Below, piece after piece: positions 46,331-56,558 of a stretch of DNA of 64,000 nt. The notes below the pieces were generated by a model. The model saw nothing but the letters and a program-made list of their open reading frames with translations. It was not told the DNA's origin and searched no databases. The DNA lies in the NCBI GenBank assembly GCA_963783385.1, contig CAWANJ010000007.1:96001-160000 (forward strand), written 5' to 3'. This DNA is from an uncultured Gemmatimonadales bacterium. Its GTDB lineage: Bacteria; Gemmatimonadota; Gemmatimonadetes; Palauibacterales; Palauibacteraceae. How positions within the stretch are numbered: the stretch's first letter is position 1; each line of letters starts with the position of its first letter. Made by a program: the position numbers and the translations under genes.

Positions 46331-47584
46331 TCACTCTCCCGCCGTCATCGAGTCCAGGAACTCCTGGTTGGTCCTGGTGCGATTGAGACGCTCGATGAGG
46401 AACTGCACCGCCTCGGCCGGCGGCATGTCGGAGAGGAAGTTCCGCAGGAGGTACATGCGGTTGAGCTCCGTGTCGGTGAGCAGGAGCTCCTCCTTACGGG
46501 TGCTGGAACGATTGAGGTCGATGGCCGGATAGATGCGCTTGTCGGCGATCTGGCGGTCGAGGATGACCTCGCTGTTCCCCGTCCCCTTGAACTCCTCGAA
46601 GATCACCTCGTCCATGCGGCTCCCGGTCTCAACCAGGGCGGTGGCGCAGATCGTGAGGCTGCCTCCCTCCTCGATGTTGCGCGCCGCGCCGAAGAAGCGC
46701 TTGGGCTTGTGGAGCGCGTTGGCGTCCACGCCGCCCGAAAGGATCTTGCCGCTGTGCGGGACCGTGGTGTTGTAGGCGCGCGCCAGGCGCGTGATCGAGT
46801 CGAGCAGGATCACGACATCCTGGCGGTACTCCACCAGCCGCTTGGCCTTCTCCAGCACCATCTCCGCCACCTGGGTGTGGCGGTCGGCGGGCTCGTCGAA
46901 CGTGGACGAGATGATCTCCGCGTCCACGTGCTCCTCCATGTCCGTCACCTCCTCCGGCCGCTCATCGATGAGGAGCACGATGAGCTTGCACTCGGGGTGG
47001 TTTTCTAGTACCGAATTTGCGATCTTTTGGAGGAGCATCGTCTTCCCGGCCTTGGGCGGGGAGACGATGAGCGAGCGCTGTCCCTTACCGATCGGGGCGA
47101 CCAGGTCCAGGATCCGCATCGAGACGTCGCCGTCCAGGCGTTCTAGCTGCAGCCGCTCCTCGGGATAGCGCGGCCTGAGGTTGTCGAACCCGATGCGGTG
47201 CTTGGCCTTCTCCGGGTCGTCCCCGTTGACGGTCTCGACCTTGAGCAGCGCCAGGTACCGCTCGCCCTCCTTGGGTGGACGCACCTGGCCCAGGACCGTG
47301 TCCCCGGTGCGGAGATCGAAGCGCTTGATCTGGGACGGAGACACGTAGATGTCGTCCGGGCCGTACAGGTAGTTCCAGTCCTGGCTGCGCAGGAAGCCGT
47401 ATCCCTCGGGCAGGATCTCGAGCACCCCCTCGCCGCGGAGCACGGTGTCCGTGTCCAGGAGGCTCTGCTCGATGCGGAAGATGAGGTCCTGCTTCCGCAG
47501 CCCCGAGTAGTTGTGAATGCTGAGATCGTCGGCCAGCTCGTGCAGCTCGCCGATCGACTTGGATTTCAACTCTGCGATGTCCAC
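46331..47584 (-). CDS. rho: Transcription termination factor Rho
   Basis: [33 protein letters not shown] and FEEFKGTGN. Confidence 0.98.
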   Translation of the reverse strand: MDIAELKSKSIGELHELADDLSIHNYSGLRKQDLIFRIEQSLLDTDTVLRGEGVLEILPEGYGFLRSQDWNYLYGPDDIYVSPSQIKRFDLRTGDTVLGQVRPPKEGERYLALLKVETVNGDDPEKAKHRIGFDNLRPRYPEERLQLERLDGDVSMRILDLVAPIGKGQRSLIVSPPKAGKTMLLQKIANSVLENHPECKLIVLLIDERPEEVTDMEEHVDAEIISSTFDEPADRHTQVAEMVLEKAKRLVEYRQDVVILLDSITRLARAYNTTVPHSGKILSGGVDANALHKPKRFFGAARNIEEGGSLTICATALVETGSRMDEVIFEEFKGTGNSEVILDRQIADKRIYPAIDLNRSSTRKEELLLTDTELNRMYLLRNFLSDMPPAEAVQFLIERLNRTRTNQEFLDSMTAGE

Positions 47585-47758
47585 CAGGTGTGCTCCGATG
47601 ATGTGTGCGGTGGGATCGGGCCCGGCCTCGATGACGAGGGGGCGTCGTTCGCCCGAGCGTGGCGGCCGTCTCTCCGTGCCGCTGTAGTGGGAAGTCGCTG
47701 AGCCGTCGGAAGAGAGGGACCGAACCGTCGGGCGAAGTCACGGCCCGGTTGGTATTGG

Positions 47759-47788
47759 CACCTTAATCCGACGTAGCACCTCCGGTCA
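47759..47788 (-). promoter_or_regulatory. Candidate rho promoter
   Basis: TTGACC-N18-TAAGGT on the minus strand, implying a leader of about 170 nt. Confidence 0.35.
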
Positions 47789-47879
47789 AGAGAGGCCGCG
47801 GGAAGCTCGGAATTCCCGCCTCTCCGGGCAGGATCGCCCCGGCGGCCCCTGCCGGACCGGTCGGGGTAGTTAGAACGAC

Positions 47880-47910
47880 TTGACCGAACACATGGTCGTG
47901 TGTGTATTTT
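47880..47910 (+). promoter_or_regulatory. Candidate sigma-70 / extended -10 promoter
   Basis: TTGACC ... TGTG-TATTTT in an AT-rich patch upstream of the 48037 gene. Confidence 0.35.
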
Positions 47911-48036
47911 GTATACGAGCCGTCGGGATCGCAAGTTCCTGTCGGTTGACGGGACCCCGGGAGTGGGGCTCCCGCTGCGGCAGGCGCGTGAGGCGCCCGG
48001 CCCACCCGGACCTTGAAAGCCAGGCAGGAGGCATGG

Positions 48037-48402
48037 ATGGCCCGCCACAACCGTCAAGCCAAGGGCGTCGACCAGCACGGTGACCTCTGGCACATCAGCT
48101 ACCAGCCCGACTGGATCGACCGTGTCAAGATCTCGCGCGAACTGCCCGACGGACGGCGACGCTCGACGGTGACGCTGTTCAAGAACGAAGCGGACCGGGC
48201 CGAGGCCGAGCCGGGCAAGGTCGTCCGAACGCGAATCAGCGCGGCGGACGGGTCGGCGGGCTTCGAGGTCTCGCTCGAGGACGACGACTCCATCGTCGAG
48301 CGCATCGTGGTCGTCACGAGGCGCAAGCGGGGCCGGAAGGAGGAGGAGGTCCACTTCGTCCTGCACGGGGACCTGGATCCGCCTTCCGGGGACGGCATCT
48401 AG
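48037..48402 (+). CDS. Small hypothetical protein
   Basis: RBS AGGAGG and strong codon bias. Charged, beta-strand-like sequence. Confidence 0.7.
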   Translation: MARHNRQAKGVDQHGDLWHISYQPDWIDRVKISRELPDGRRRSTVTLFKNEADRAEAEPGKVVRTRISAADGSAGFEVSLEDDDSIVERIVVVTRRKRGRKEEEVHFVLHGDLDPPSGDGI

Positions 48403-48435
48403 CCCGACGGGCCGGCGCCCCGCCGGGGGCGCGGC

Positions 48436-49404
48436 TCAGAAGAGCGCGAAGCGGAGCCAGCGCAGGGGGTCGGCGATCAACTCCGCTTTGACGCTGTCCA
48501 AGCGTGCCCGGAACAGCGCCCTCTCCCGCTGGATGGCCCGGTCGTGGAGGATGCGTCCGGCCGTGCCGCGCCCTTCGGCCAGGCGGGTCTCCACGACGCG
48601 GACCCGCTGCCGGAGGCTGTCGAGCGTGGCCGACAGGACCGCGCGCTCCCGTCCGGAGCGCGCCAGCACGCCGTCCGGGGCGGTCATGGAGTCCAGCCGA
48701 GCCCGCAGGCGGTGGGCCTCCTGCCGGAGGGCGGTGTCCCGGAGGATCCTGGCTGCCGTGCCTCCCGGCGCGGCCAGGGCCAGTTCCCGGCTGCGATCGA
48801 GGTCCGCCGCGAGGCGCCTCAGCCGCTCGGGGTGACGCCGGAGGGAAGCCAGGGTGCCCGGCCCCTCCTCCAGCCTGCGGACGAGGGCGCGGCCCTCCGG
48901 GGCCAGGCGATGGAGGCGGGCGCGGAGGGTGTCGGCCCGGGCCATGATCTCCTCGACGCTGAGCTCCGGTTGCGCCTGCAGCGTGTCGCCGTACCGGAAG
49001 GGCCGGTCCACGTCGCGGCCCGGATCCAGGCTGAGGACCGTGGGAGCCATGAGGGACGAGGCCTTCAGCGAAGCCGTGGCGTCGGCGCGCAGGATCCACT
49101 CCGCTCCGGGCTCCAGCACGGCCCCGATCATCACGGGACCCCGCCCAGCGTGCGGGCGCACGAGGCGGATCGACTCTACCCGGCCGGCCACCACGCCGGC
49201 GATCCACACGTCGGCGCCCACCTCGAGCCCCTGCGCCGCGGAGGCCTCGACCACCAGGTGGGGGCCTTCCGACAGCTCGCGCTGCAGCTCGTCCAGGAAG
49301 AACACCATGCCCGAGGCGAGGACGAGCACGGCGAGCAGGATCGCTCCGAGGCGCAGCTGCGGCCACGTGACCGCCTGCTCCCGGACGGGGCCTCCCGGAC
49401 TCAC
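48436..49404 (-). CDS. MlaD/MCE family protein
   Basis: N-terminal TM, AQGLEVGADVWIAGVVAGRV MCE motif and a helical tail ending DPLRWLRFALF. Confidence 0.85.
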   Translation of the reverse strand: MSPGGPVREQAVTWPQLRLGAILLAVLVLASGMVFFLDELQRELSEGPHLVVEASAAQGLEVGADVWIAGVVAGRVESIRLVRPHAGRGPVMIGAVLEPGAEWILRADATASLKASSLMAPTVLSLDPGRDVDRPFRYGDTLQAQPELSVEEIMARADTLRARLHRLAPEGRALVRRLEEGPGTLASLRRHPERLRRLAADLDRSRELALAAPGGTAARILRDTALRQEAHRLRARLDSMTAPDGVLARSGRERAVLSATLDSLRQRVRVVETRLAEGRGTAGRILHDRAIQRERALFRARLDSVKAELIADPLRWLRFALF

Positions 49405-49444
49405 GCCGCGGCCCCGTTCCGCCCGGACCGCCGCCGGATCGCGG

Positions 49445-50107
49445 TCAGAAGGTCCAGAACAGGCTCGCCATGATCCGGTCGGCGCCGCGGTTCACCGATC
49501 CGAGCTCGGCGACGTCGAAGAGGCTCTGGAGCTGCATCGTGTAGTGTCGCCATTCCAGGCGTCCTCCCCAGCGGGACGAGAGGCGGGCTTCCACGCCGCC
49601 CCCCAGCACGAACGCGTTCTGAGACCGCGTCGGAAGCCCGGACCGGGCGGGATCGAACACCAGGGTCCCCAGCCCGAACTCCGCGAAGGGTACCACACCC
49701 GCCGAGACCAGGGGATCCAGGGCCAGGCGTGGCTCGGCCACCACCTCCACCAGGTAGCCGTGCACGTCGGTGGAGTCCGCGCCATCCACGACACGCTCGG
49801 GCGTGTAGGCCACGCCGAGGCGGACGGACAGGTAGCGAAGCAGTCGCCGTCCCACGTCCAGTCCCCAGGCGGACGCGTTCCGGGGTGTGCGGGAGGCCGA
49901 GCCGCTCCACAGCAGCGCGCTCCCGGTCATCCCGATGCGGAACTGGCGCGGCGCCGGCGGATTCTCGGGGCCGTAGGCGGCGGCCGAGTCGGCCGCCGCG
50001 GCGGAATCGGCCGCCGCGCCCGCGGCCTGGGCGCGGAGGGGTCCGCCGGACAGGAGGAAGGTCAGCGCCACGGCCGCGAGGATCGAGGCTGCACGTCGGA
50101 TCTTCAT
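49445..50107 (-). CDS. Small outer-membrane beta-barrel protein
   Basis: Signal peptide MKIRRAAS..LRA, alternating beta strands and a C-terminal aromatic (LFWTF). ATGA overlap with tolC. Confidence 0.75.
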   Translation of the reverse strand: MKIRRAASILAAVALTFLLSGGPLRAQAAGAAADSAAAADSAAAYGPENPPAPRQFRIGMTGSALLWSGSASRTPRNASAWGLDVGRRLLRYLSVRLGVAYTPERVVDGADSTDVHGYLVEVVAEPRLALDPLVSAGVVPFAEFGLGTLVFDPARSGLPTRSQNAFVLGGGVEARLSSRWGGRLEWRHYTMQLQSLFDVAELGSVNRGADRIMASLFWTF

Positions 50108-51515
50108 CGCTCCCCCACGGCCGCCAGCAGGTTGGCTCGCGCGACCCCGTAATCGTGCAGGGCTTGCGCCCGGTTGGTTCGCGCCTGGGTCACGGCGAGC
50201 TCGGCGTTGTTCAGCTCCACCTGCGTAGACAGCCCGTTCTTGAAGCGGGTCTCTGCGATCTGCAGCGCCTTTTCCGCGCGCTGGACGTTGGCCTGGGACG
50301 CCTGGATGCGCTGCCGCGCCGCGTCCAGGTCCTGGTAGGCCTGCTGCACCTGGAGCCGCACGTTCTCCTCGAGCTGGCGCAGGTGGAACTGTTCCCGCTC
50401 CTTCTGGGCCGCCGCCTGCTGCACCTCGCCGGAGCGCTTGCGCCCGTCGAACAGCGGGACGCTGAAGTCCAGGCCCGCCGTGGCGCTCTGGGCGAAGTCC
50501 TGCCCGGGCGGCAGCAGCTCGCTGGACGACGCCTGGCGCGTGAGTCCCGCGATCAGCTTGAGGACGGGCAGGGAGGAACGCTTCTGCGCCGTCAGGTTCT
50601 CCTCCTGGAGCTGCACGCGCACGCGCTGCGCCTTGAGGTCGGGACGCGCCCGCTCGGCCAGCTCCATGTAGCGCTGGAGGCTGGCCGAGTCCGAGGGGGT
50701 GGGGAAGCTGTCGGTGAGCACGAGCGTCCTGTCGAGCGGCAGGCCGAGCGTCCGCTTGAGCTGGTTGCGGCTCAGCGCGTACCGGTTCCGGGCCTCGATG
50801 AGGGGGGACGCAGGTTGTCGACCTCCACCTGGGCCGTGAGCAGATCGAACTCCGACCCCGTGCCCGCCTTGTAGAAGTCCTGCACCTGGTCGAGCCGCCG
50901 CTGAGCCTGCTCGAGCGCCTTCTCCTGCACGTCGACCAGCGCTCGGCCGAGCAGGACGTCGTAGTACGCCGTCCGGGCCGCCAGGGCCACGCTCGTGCGC
51001 GCCGCCTGCACCTGGTCGGCGCTGGCGTCCCTGCTGAGCCGGGCCGCGGTCCGCGCCGGGCCGAGCGAGAAATCGAGCAGCGTCTGGGAGAGGGTGAGCC
51101 CGAAGCTGTACTGGTTGTCGTTGCCGATCGTGATCTGCTGCACCCCGTTGGCACCGTTGAAGAAGATCACCGGCTTCTGGATGTTGCGCGTATAGCTGAA
51201 GTCGGCGGAGATCTGCGGATAGGCGTCCGCTCCGACCTGCTTGACGATGCCGGCCGCTTCGGCTGCGGTCGCGCGCGCCATGAGCACCTGCTCGTTGCGG
51301 CTCATGGCCATGTCGACCGCCTCCTGGACCCCGAGCGTGATCGTGTCGCCCCGGGGCGCCGCGGGCGCGGTCGTGTCGGGCAGGGCCTGCTGCGCCCGGA
51401 GGCCGCCGGCCGCCGGAGCCAGCGTCAGGGCCGCCGCCAGGAGAGCCGCGGCGGGCCGGCTCGCGGGGCGGGGTCGGTGGAGCCGATCCACCGCGCCGTA
51501 CCATCTCCCAGACAT
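50104..51515 (-). CDS. TolC family outer-membrane efflux protein, frameshifted at a G6 run (50802-50807)
   Basis: Signal peptide, AYYDVLL, GTGSEFDLL, VPLFDG and RFKNGLSTQVEL. Adding one base to the homopolymer restores NLRPPLIEAR. Confidence 0.88.
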
Positions 51516-51529
51516 CTCGTCTCCTCTCG

Positions 51530-53122
51530 TCATTCCATCATCACGTCGGGGCCGTCTCGCGGCCCGGAGTGCAGGAAGAATATCAGCGGAATGGCCACCG
51601 CGAACACGACGGCCATCAGAAAGAACACGTGGTTGAAGGAAAGCATCGACGCCTGCCGCGTCATGATCCCGTCCAGCATCCGGTAGGACTTCCGGTAGGC
51701 CAGCTGCGTGCCACCACCCAGCTGCTGAAAGGCGTGCTCCGCGTTCTGGATGAACGAGGACACGGGCCCGCGCGCGCTCGAGAGGTGGCGGGCCATGATC
51801 GCGCGATAGCGGATGCCTCCGTTGTCCAGCTCGGTGGCGGCGAGCGCCACGCCGGCGCTCCCGAACACCCGTCGCACCACGTTGTACAGCCCGGTGGCGT
51901 CGCTCATCTGGTCCTTGCGGAGCTCCGCCACGGCGGCGGTGCTCAGGGCCACGAAGATGAGCGCGAAGCCCACGCCCTGGAGGACCTGCGGCCAGCACAG
52001 GTCCCAGAATCCCACGTTCAGGTTGAGCTGCCCCAGCTCCCAGAACGCGTACGTGCTGATCGCCAGGCCGCTCCCGATGTACACGCGTGGCCCGAATCGG
52101 TTGTAGAACCGCCCGGCGATCGGGAACACGACCCCCATCGCCAGGCTGCGGGGCATGAGGGTGAGTCCGGAGTTGAACGCCGGGTAGCCCAGGAGCTCCT
52201 GGAGGAACAGGGGCAGGATGAAGATGCTGGCGTATAGCCCCACGCCCAGGATCCCCCCGATGATGGTCGCCGAGGCGAAGGGGACGTTCTTGAACAGACG
52301 CAGGTTCACGGCGGGCTCGTCCGAATGGAGCTCCCACCAGATGAAGGCCGCCAGTCCCGCGAAGGCCAGGAGCGCCAGCCACCGGATGAGGTCGGACTGG
52401 AACCACTGCTTGTTGCGCCCCTCCTCGAGCATGATCTGCAGGCAGCTCAGGCCCACCGCCAGGAAGCCCATGCCCGTCCAGTCGATCGACACCTCCCGCC
52501 GTCGCGCGTAGGGCGGGTCCTCGACGAAGCGGTCGACCAGGAAGAGGTTGAGGAGCCCGATGGGGACGTTGATGAAGAAGATCCAGGGCCACGAGTAGTG
52601 GTCGGTGATCCAGCCCCCCACCGTGGGGCCGAGCGCCGGCGCGAGGACGACGCCAATGCCGAAGATGCCCATGGCGGTCCCGCGCTCCTGGGGCGGGAAG
52701 TTCTCCAGGAGGATCGCCTGCGAGAGGGGGATGAGCGCCCCACCGCCCACGCCCTGCAGGATCCGGAAGGCGACCAGCTCGGTCAGGGAGCTGGAGGTGC
52801 CGCACAGGGCCGAGGCCAGCGCGAACAGCATCACGCTCAGCATGTAGTAGCGCTTGCGGCCGATCTTGGCGCTGAGCAGCGACACGAGGGGCATCATGAA
52901 CCCCTCGGTGAGGATGTAGCCGGTCGCCACCCAGGTGATCTGCTCGATGGACGCGCCCAGGTTCCCCTGCATGTGGGGCAGGGCGACGTTCACGATCGAG
53001 ATGTCCAGGACGCTCATGATCGTCCCGGTCATCACCGACAGCGTGACGATCCACTTGCCGTGGGTGGGCGTCCATTCCTCGAGGGCGGGGGAGCCGGCTC
53101 CCCCGGCGGAAGGTCCCGCCAC
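51530..53122 (-). CDS. DHA2 (EmrB/QacA) MFS efflux permease
   Basis: LDISIVNVALP, RILQGVGGG and WPWIFFINVPIG motifs with a 14-TM pattern. Confidence 0.95.
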   Translation of the reverse strand: MAGPSAGGAGSPALEEWTPTHGKWIVTLSVMTGTIMSVLDISIVNVALPHMQGNLGASIEQITWVATGYILTEGFMMPLVSLLSAKIGRKRYYMLSVMLFALASALCGTSSSLTELVAFRILQGVGGGALIPLSQAILLENFPPQERGTAMGIFGIGVVLAPALGPTVGGWITDHYSWPWIFFINVPIGLLNLFLVDRFVEDPPYARRREVSIDWTGMGFLAVGLSCLQIMLEEGRNKQWFQSDLIRWLALLAFAGLAAFIWWELHSDEPAVNLRLFKNVPFASATIIGGILGVGLYASIFILPLFLQELLGYPAFNSGLTLMPRSLAMGVVFPIAGRFYNRFGPRVYIGSGLAISTYAFWELGQLNLNVGFWDLCWPQVLQGVGFALIFVALSTAAVAELRKDQMSDATGLYNVVRRVFGSAGVALAATELDNGGIRYRAIMARHLSSARGPVSSFIQNAEHAFQQLGGGTQLAYRKSYRMLDGIMTRQASMLSFNHVFFLMAVVFAVAIPLIFFLHSGPRDGPDVMME

Positions 53123-53124
53123 GC

Positions 53125-54294
53125 TCAGCCGCCTCGCCGCTCACGGAGCGCGGCCGCGGCCGTCTTCGATCCGGCGGGCGCGCTGCCGGTCTCCACGTGC
53201 GGCTCGGCCGACAGGCCGGGCCACAGCGGATGGAGCGAGTCGGGGGGCGAGTCGATCCAGATCTTGACCGGCACCCGCCGCACCACCTTCACGAAGTTGC
53301 CGGTGGCGTTCTCGGGCGGCAGCAGGCTGAACACGGCGCCGGCGCCCGGCTGGAAGCTCCCGACGTGCCCCCGGAAGGTGACCCCCGGATAGGCGTCCAC
53401 GTCCACCTCGGCCTCGTCGCCGATCCGGATGTCGTGGAGCTGGGTCTCCTTGAAGTTCGCGTCCACGTAGACGCTGTCCTGACGCACGAGCTGCATGAGG
53501 GGCTGTCCCGGCTGGATCACCTGGCCCGGGTCCACGTCCTTCTGGGCCAGGACGCCATCGGCCGGCGCCACGACCGTGGTCCGGCCCAGCTGCGTTCGGG
53601 CCTGGTCCCGGCCGCTGCGAGCCTGGTCGATGCGGTCCTCCTGCAGCTTGAGCTCGGCCCGCAAGCGGGTCAGGGTGGCCCGGGCCTGCTGGACCGCGGC
53701 CTCGGCCGCCTGCGCCTTCGCGCCGGCCACCTGCGCCGCCGACTGCTTGTGGTCGAACTCGCTCGGCGAGATCGACCCCGCCTTCAGGAGCCCGGCGTAC
53801 CGGCGCCGGTCCGAGTCGGCCAGGGCCGCCTCGGAGCGGGCGGCCTCCAGGTTGGCGCGGGCACTGGCCAGGGCCTTCTGCTGCTCCTCGATCGAGGCCC
53901 TCGTGGCGTCGAGCTGGGCTCGTGCGCTGGACAGCGCCGCCGTCTGCCCGTCCAGCGCGTTCCGATAGTCGGTCGCGTCGATCTCGACGAGGGGCTGCCC
54001 CCGGCGCACGTGCTCGTGGTCTCTCACCCACACGTGGGTCACCCGTCCGGGCACCTCGGCGCTGATCGGGACGATCGTACCTCCCACGTAGGCGTCGTCC
54101 GTGCTCTCGTGGGAGAAGGAATAGACGAACTTCGGCCCCAGGTAGGCCGCCGCGAGGAGGACCAGCGTCAGCGGGACGATGCGGATCGCCCACTTCTTGA
54201 TGGCCGGCCACGGGCCGGGATCCGATGCGCCGGCCTGCCGCGGCGCCTCCCCCTCGTCGCGCTGTGGTTGGCTCACGCTGTCATCCTCGCTCAC
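53125..54294 (-). CDS. EmrA/HlyD family periplasmic adaptor
   Basis: ESTDDAYV, ANFKETQL and LPPENATGNFVKVV. Confidence 0.95.
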   Translation of the reverse strand: MSEDDSVSQPQRDEGEAPRQAGASDPGPWPAIKKWAIRIVPLTLVLLAAAYLGPKFVYSFSHESTDDAYVGGTIVPISAEVPGRVTHVWVRDHEHVRRGQPLVEIDATDYRNALDGQTAALSSARAQLDATRASIEEQQKALASARANLEAARSEAALADSDRRRYAGLLKAGSISPSEFDHKQSAAQVAGAKAQAAEAAVQQARATLTRLRAELKLQEDRIDQARSGRDQARTQLGRTTVVAPADGVLAQKDVDPGQVIQPGQPLMQLVRQDSVYVDANFKETQLHDIRIGDEAEVDVDAYPGVTFRGHVGSFQPGAGAVFSLLPPENATGNFVKVVRRVPVKIWIDSPPDSLHPLWPGLSAEPHVETGSAPAGSKTAAAALRERRGG

Positions 54295-54794
54295 GATGCC
54301 GTCCCGTTCCCTGCCCGGGTCACGCCCGCGCCGGCGGAGGATCGCCAGGTCTTGAGGCCGGTCTCCATCCGGCTGACGACCAGGTCGTAGAACGCCTCCA
54401 TGCGCTCGAGCCGCTCCACGCCGCCCTCGAACTCCGGTCCGAGCTCGGCGTCCTGCAGGGCGACCCGAGCCTCGCGGGTCACGTCCCGGATCCTGCGGCG
54501 GTGCTCCAGCGACTGCTCGATCAGGTTCCCGAACGGGTCCTCGGGGATCTGGTAGTAGACCCGCTGGTCCCCCGGTCTACCGGTGCGCTCGAGTAGACCT
54601 CGCGACTCCAGGTAGCGGGTACTCATGCTGACGCCTCCGCGGCTGATCTGGAGCGTGCTCGCCAGCTCGTCGCCCGAGCTCGGGCCGCCGCGCAGGACCA
54701 TGTAGGCGAACACCCGAGCCGCCGTCCTGGCCAGATCCTCGCACTGCGTCTCCATGCCGAACCGCTCGACGAACTCCTGGACTGCCGGGTCCAC
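54291..54794 (-). CDS. GbsR/MarR family transcriptional regulator
   Basis: FVERFG..RTAARV..ELASTLQISRGGVSMSTRYL..RPGDQRVYY winged HTH. Confidence 0.9.
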   Translation of the reverse strand: MDPAVQEFVERFGMETQCEDLARTAARVFAYMVLRGGPSSGDELASTLQISRGGVSMSTRYLESRGLLERTGRPGDQRVYYQIPEDPFGNLIEQSLEHRRRIRDVTREARVALQDAELGPEFEGGVERLERMEAFYDLVVSRMETGLKTWRSSAGAGVTRAGNGTAS

Positions 54795-54871
54795 CGGCCA
54801 CCTCCTGCCAGGGGTACGGGTCGTGCATCGCAGGGCGCGTCCCGCCCCCGTGTCGGGGGCTCGCGTCCTAT

Positions 54872-54908
54872 TCTCAGGGCGTTCAATACTATTTGAACAC
54901 GTTGAATA
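54872..54908. promoter_or_regulatory. Palindromic operator, probably for the GbsR-family regulator
   Basis: GTTCAA-TACTAT-TTGAAC inverted repeat (54881-54898) flanked by extra half-sites CTCAG and TTGAA at 9-nt period. Confidence 0.6.
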
Positions 54909-54992
54909 CGCAAGGGGTGGGCCATGAACTCCGGCCGGCTCCGGTGGGAACGTCTGCTTTCGTCCCCTGCGGGCCGGACGTAACGTGTCGCG

Positions 54993-55769
54993 ATGCGACT
55001 TCTCGAGCCCGTCCGCTGGATCGGTCGTGGAGCCGCAGCCGTGGCCGCGGTGGCTGGACGTACGGCCGCCTTCGCGGTCGACGTGCTGCGCGCGACGTCG
55101 GAGTTCCGGACCTGGTGGCCCCAGCTCGCCACCCAGACCCGGCGGATCGGCGTCGACTCCGTGCCGATCGCCATGTTCATCGCCCTGTTCACGGGCGTCG
55201 TCCTGGCCCTTCAGAGCTCGTATGCGTTCACCGGGGCCGTGCCACTCTCCTTCGTCGGGACGCTCGTCGGCAAGACGATCATCCTGGAGCTGGGGCCCGT
55301 GCTCACGGGCCTCGTGCTCGCCGGGCGCGTGGGAGCCAACATCGCGGCCGAGATCGGGACGATGCGGGTCACCGAGCAGGTGGATGCGCTCGAGATGCTG
55401 GCCTACGATCCGCTCGCCTACCTGGCCGTGCCGCGGGTCACGGCCGGGCTGATCACCTTCCCGATCGTGGTCGCGTTCGCGGTGGGCATGGGCATCGTGG
55501 CCGGCTGGATCACCTCGACCAGCCTCCTGGATCTCTCCAGCCAGGAGTTCGTGCGCGGCCTCCGCATGTTCTACCGGCCCTTCGACCTGCGTTACGCCCT
55601 CATCAAGTCCGCCAGCTTCGGGGTGGTCGTCACCAGCGTGGGATGCCTGTTCGGCTACACGACGAGCGGCGGGGCGGAGGGCGTGGGACGGGCCACGACT
55701 CGGGCGGTGGTGGTGGCCTGCATGGTGATCCTCGTCCTGGACGCCTTCTGGGCCGTGGTGCTCCTGTGA
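54993..55769 (+). CDS. mlaE: MlaE family ABC permease
   Basis: ELGPVLTGLVLAGRVGA, EIGTMRVTEQVDALE and GGAEGVGRATT. Confidence 0.95.
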   Translation: MRLLEPVRWIGRGAAAVAAVAGRTAAFAVDVLRATSEFRTWWPQLATQTRRIGVDSVPIAMFIALFTGVVLALQSSYAFTGAVPLSFVGTLVGKTIILELGPVLTGLVLAGRVGANIAAEIGTMRVTEQVDALEMLAYDPLAYLAVPRVTAGLITFPIVVAFAVGMGIVAGWITSTSLLDLSSQEFVRGLRMFYRPFDLRYALIKSASFGVVVTSVGCLFGYTTSGGAEGVGRATTRAVVVACMVILVLDAFWAVVLL

Positions 55770-56506
55770 TCCGGCTGGAAGGTCTCACCCGCTCGTTTGG
55801 AGACCTCCACGTCCTGCGCGGCTTCGACCTCGAGGTGAGCACCGGTGAGACGGTGGCCGTGATCGGCCGCTCGGGCGAGGGGAAGTCCGTTCTCCTCAAG
55901 CACGTGGCCGGCCTCATGCAGCCGGACAGCGGTGAGGTGTGGATCGGGGACGAGCAGGTGACGGGGGCCGACCGGGAGAGGATTCGCCGGCTGCGGCTCA
56001 GCATGGGCTACGTGTTCCAGTCGTCGGCCCTGTTCGACTCGATGACCGTGGCGGAGAACGTGCGCCTCGCCCTGCGGCGCCACGGCACGCCGGCGGCGGA
56101 GATCGAGGGGCGCGCGCGAGACAGCCTGGAGATCGTGGGGCTCGGCGGCTGGGAGGACCGCTACCCGGCGGAGCTCTCGGGGGGCATGCGCAAGCGCGCG
56201 GGCGTCGCCCGGGCCGTGGCGCCGCGCCCGACCTATCTTCTGTACGATGAGCCGACGAGCGGTCTCGACCCGGTCACCACCTCGGTGATCGACGAGCTCG
56301 TGCTGCAGCTCAAGGAGGACCTGCGGGCCACGAGCATCGTGGTGACGCACGACATGCGGAGCGCGTGCCGCGTCGCGGACCGCATCGCGCTCCTCCGGGA
56401 GGGACGCGTGTCCTGGCTCGGGACGCCCGAGGAGATCGAGCGTACGGATGATGCGGCCGTGAAGGCGTTCGTGGAGGGAAGGCGGGACCTGTGGCCGGGC
56501 GAGTGA
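55766..56506 (+). CDS. mlaF: MlaF family ABC ATPase
   Basis: GRSGEGKS, VFQSSALFDSM, LSGGMRKR and YDEPTSGLDP. Confidence 0.95.
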   Translation: MIRLEGLTRSFGDLHVLRGFDLEVSTGETVAVIGRSGEGKSVLLKHVAGLMQPDSGEVWIGDEQVTGADRERIRRLRLSMGYVFQSSALFDSMTVAENVRLALRRHGTPAAEIEGRARDSLEIVGLGGWEDRYPAELSGGMRKRAGVARAVAPRPTYLLYDEPTSGLDPVTTSVIDELVLQLKEDLRATSIVVTHDMRSACRVADRIALLREGRVSWLGTPEEIERTDDAAVKAFVEGRRDLWPGE

Positions 56507-56558
56507 GGGGCTCGGCGAGGCCCGGCCCGGAGAGGTCCGGCGGGGAGGGCTCAGAACG

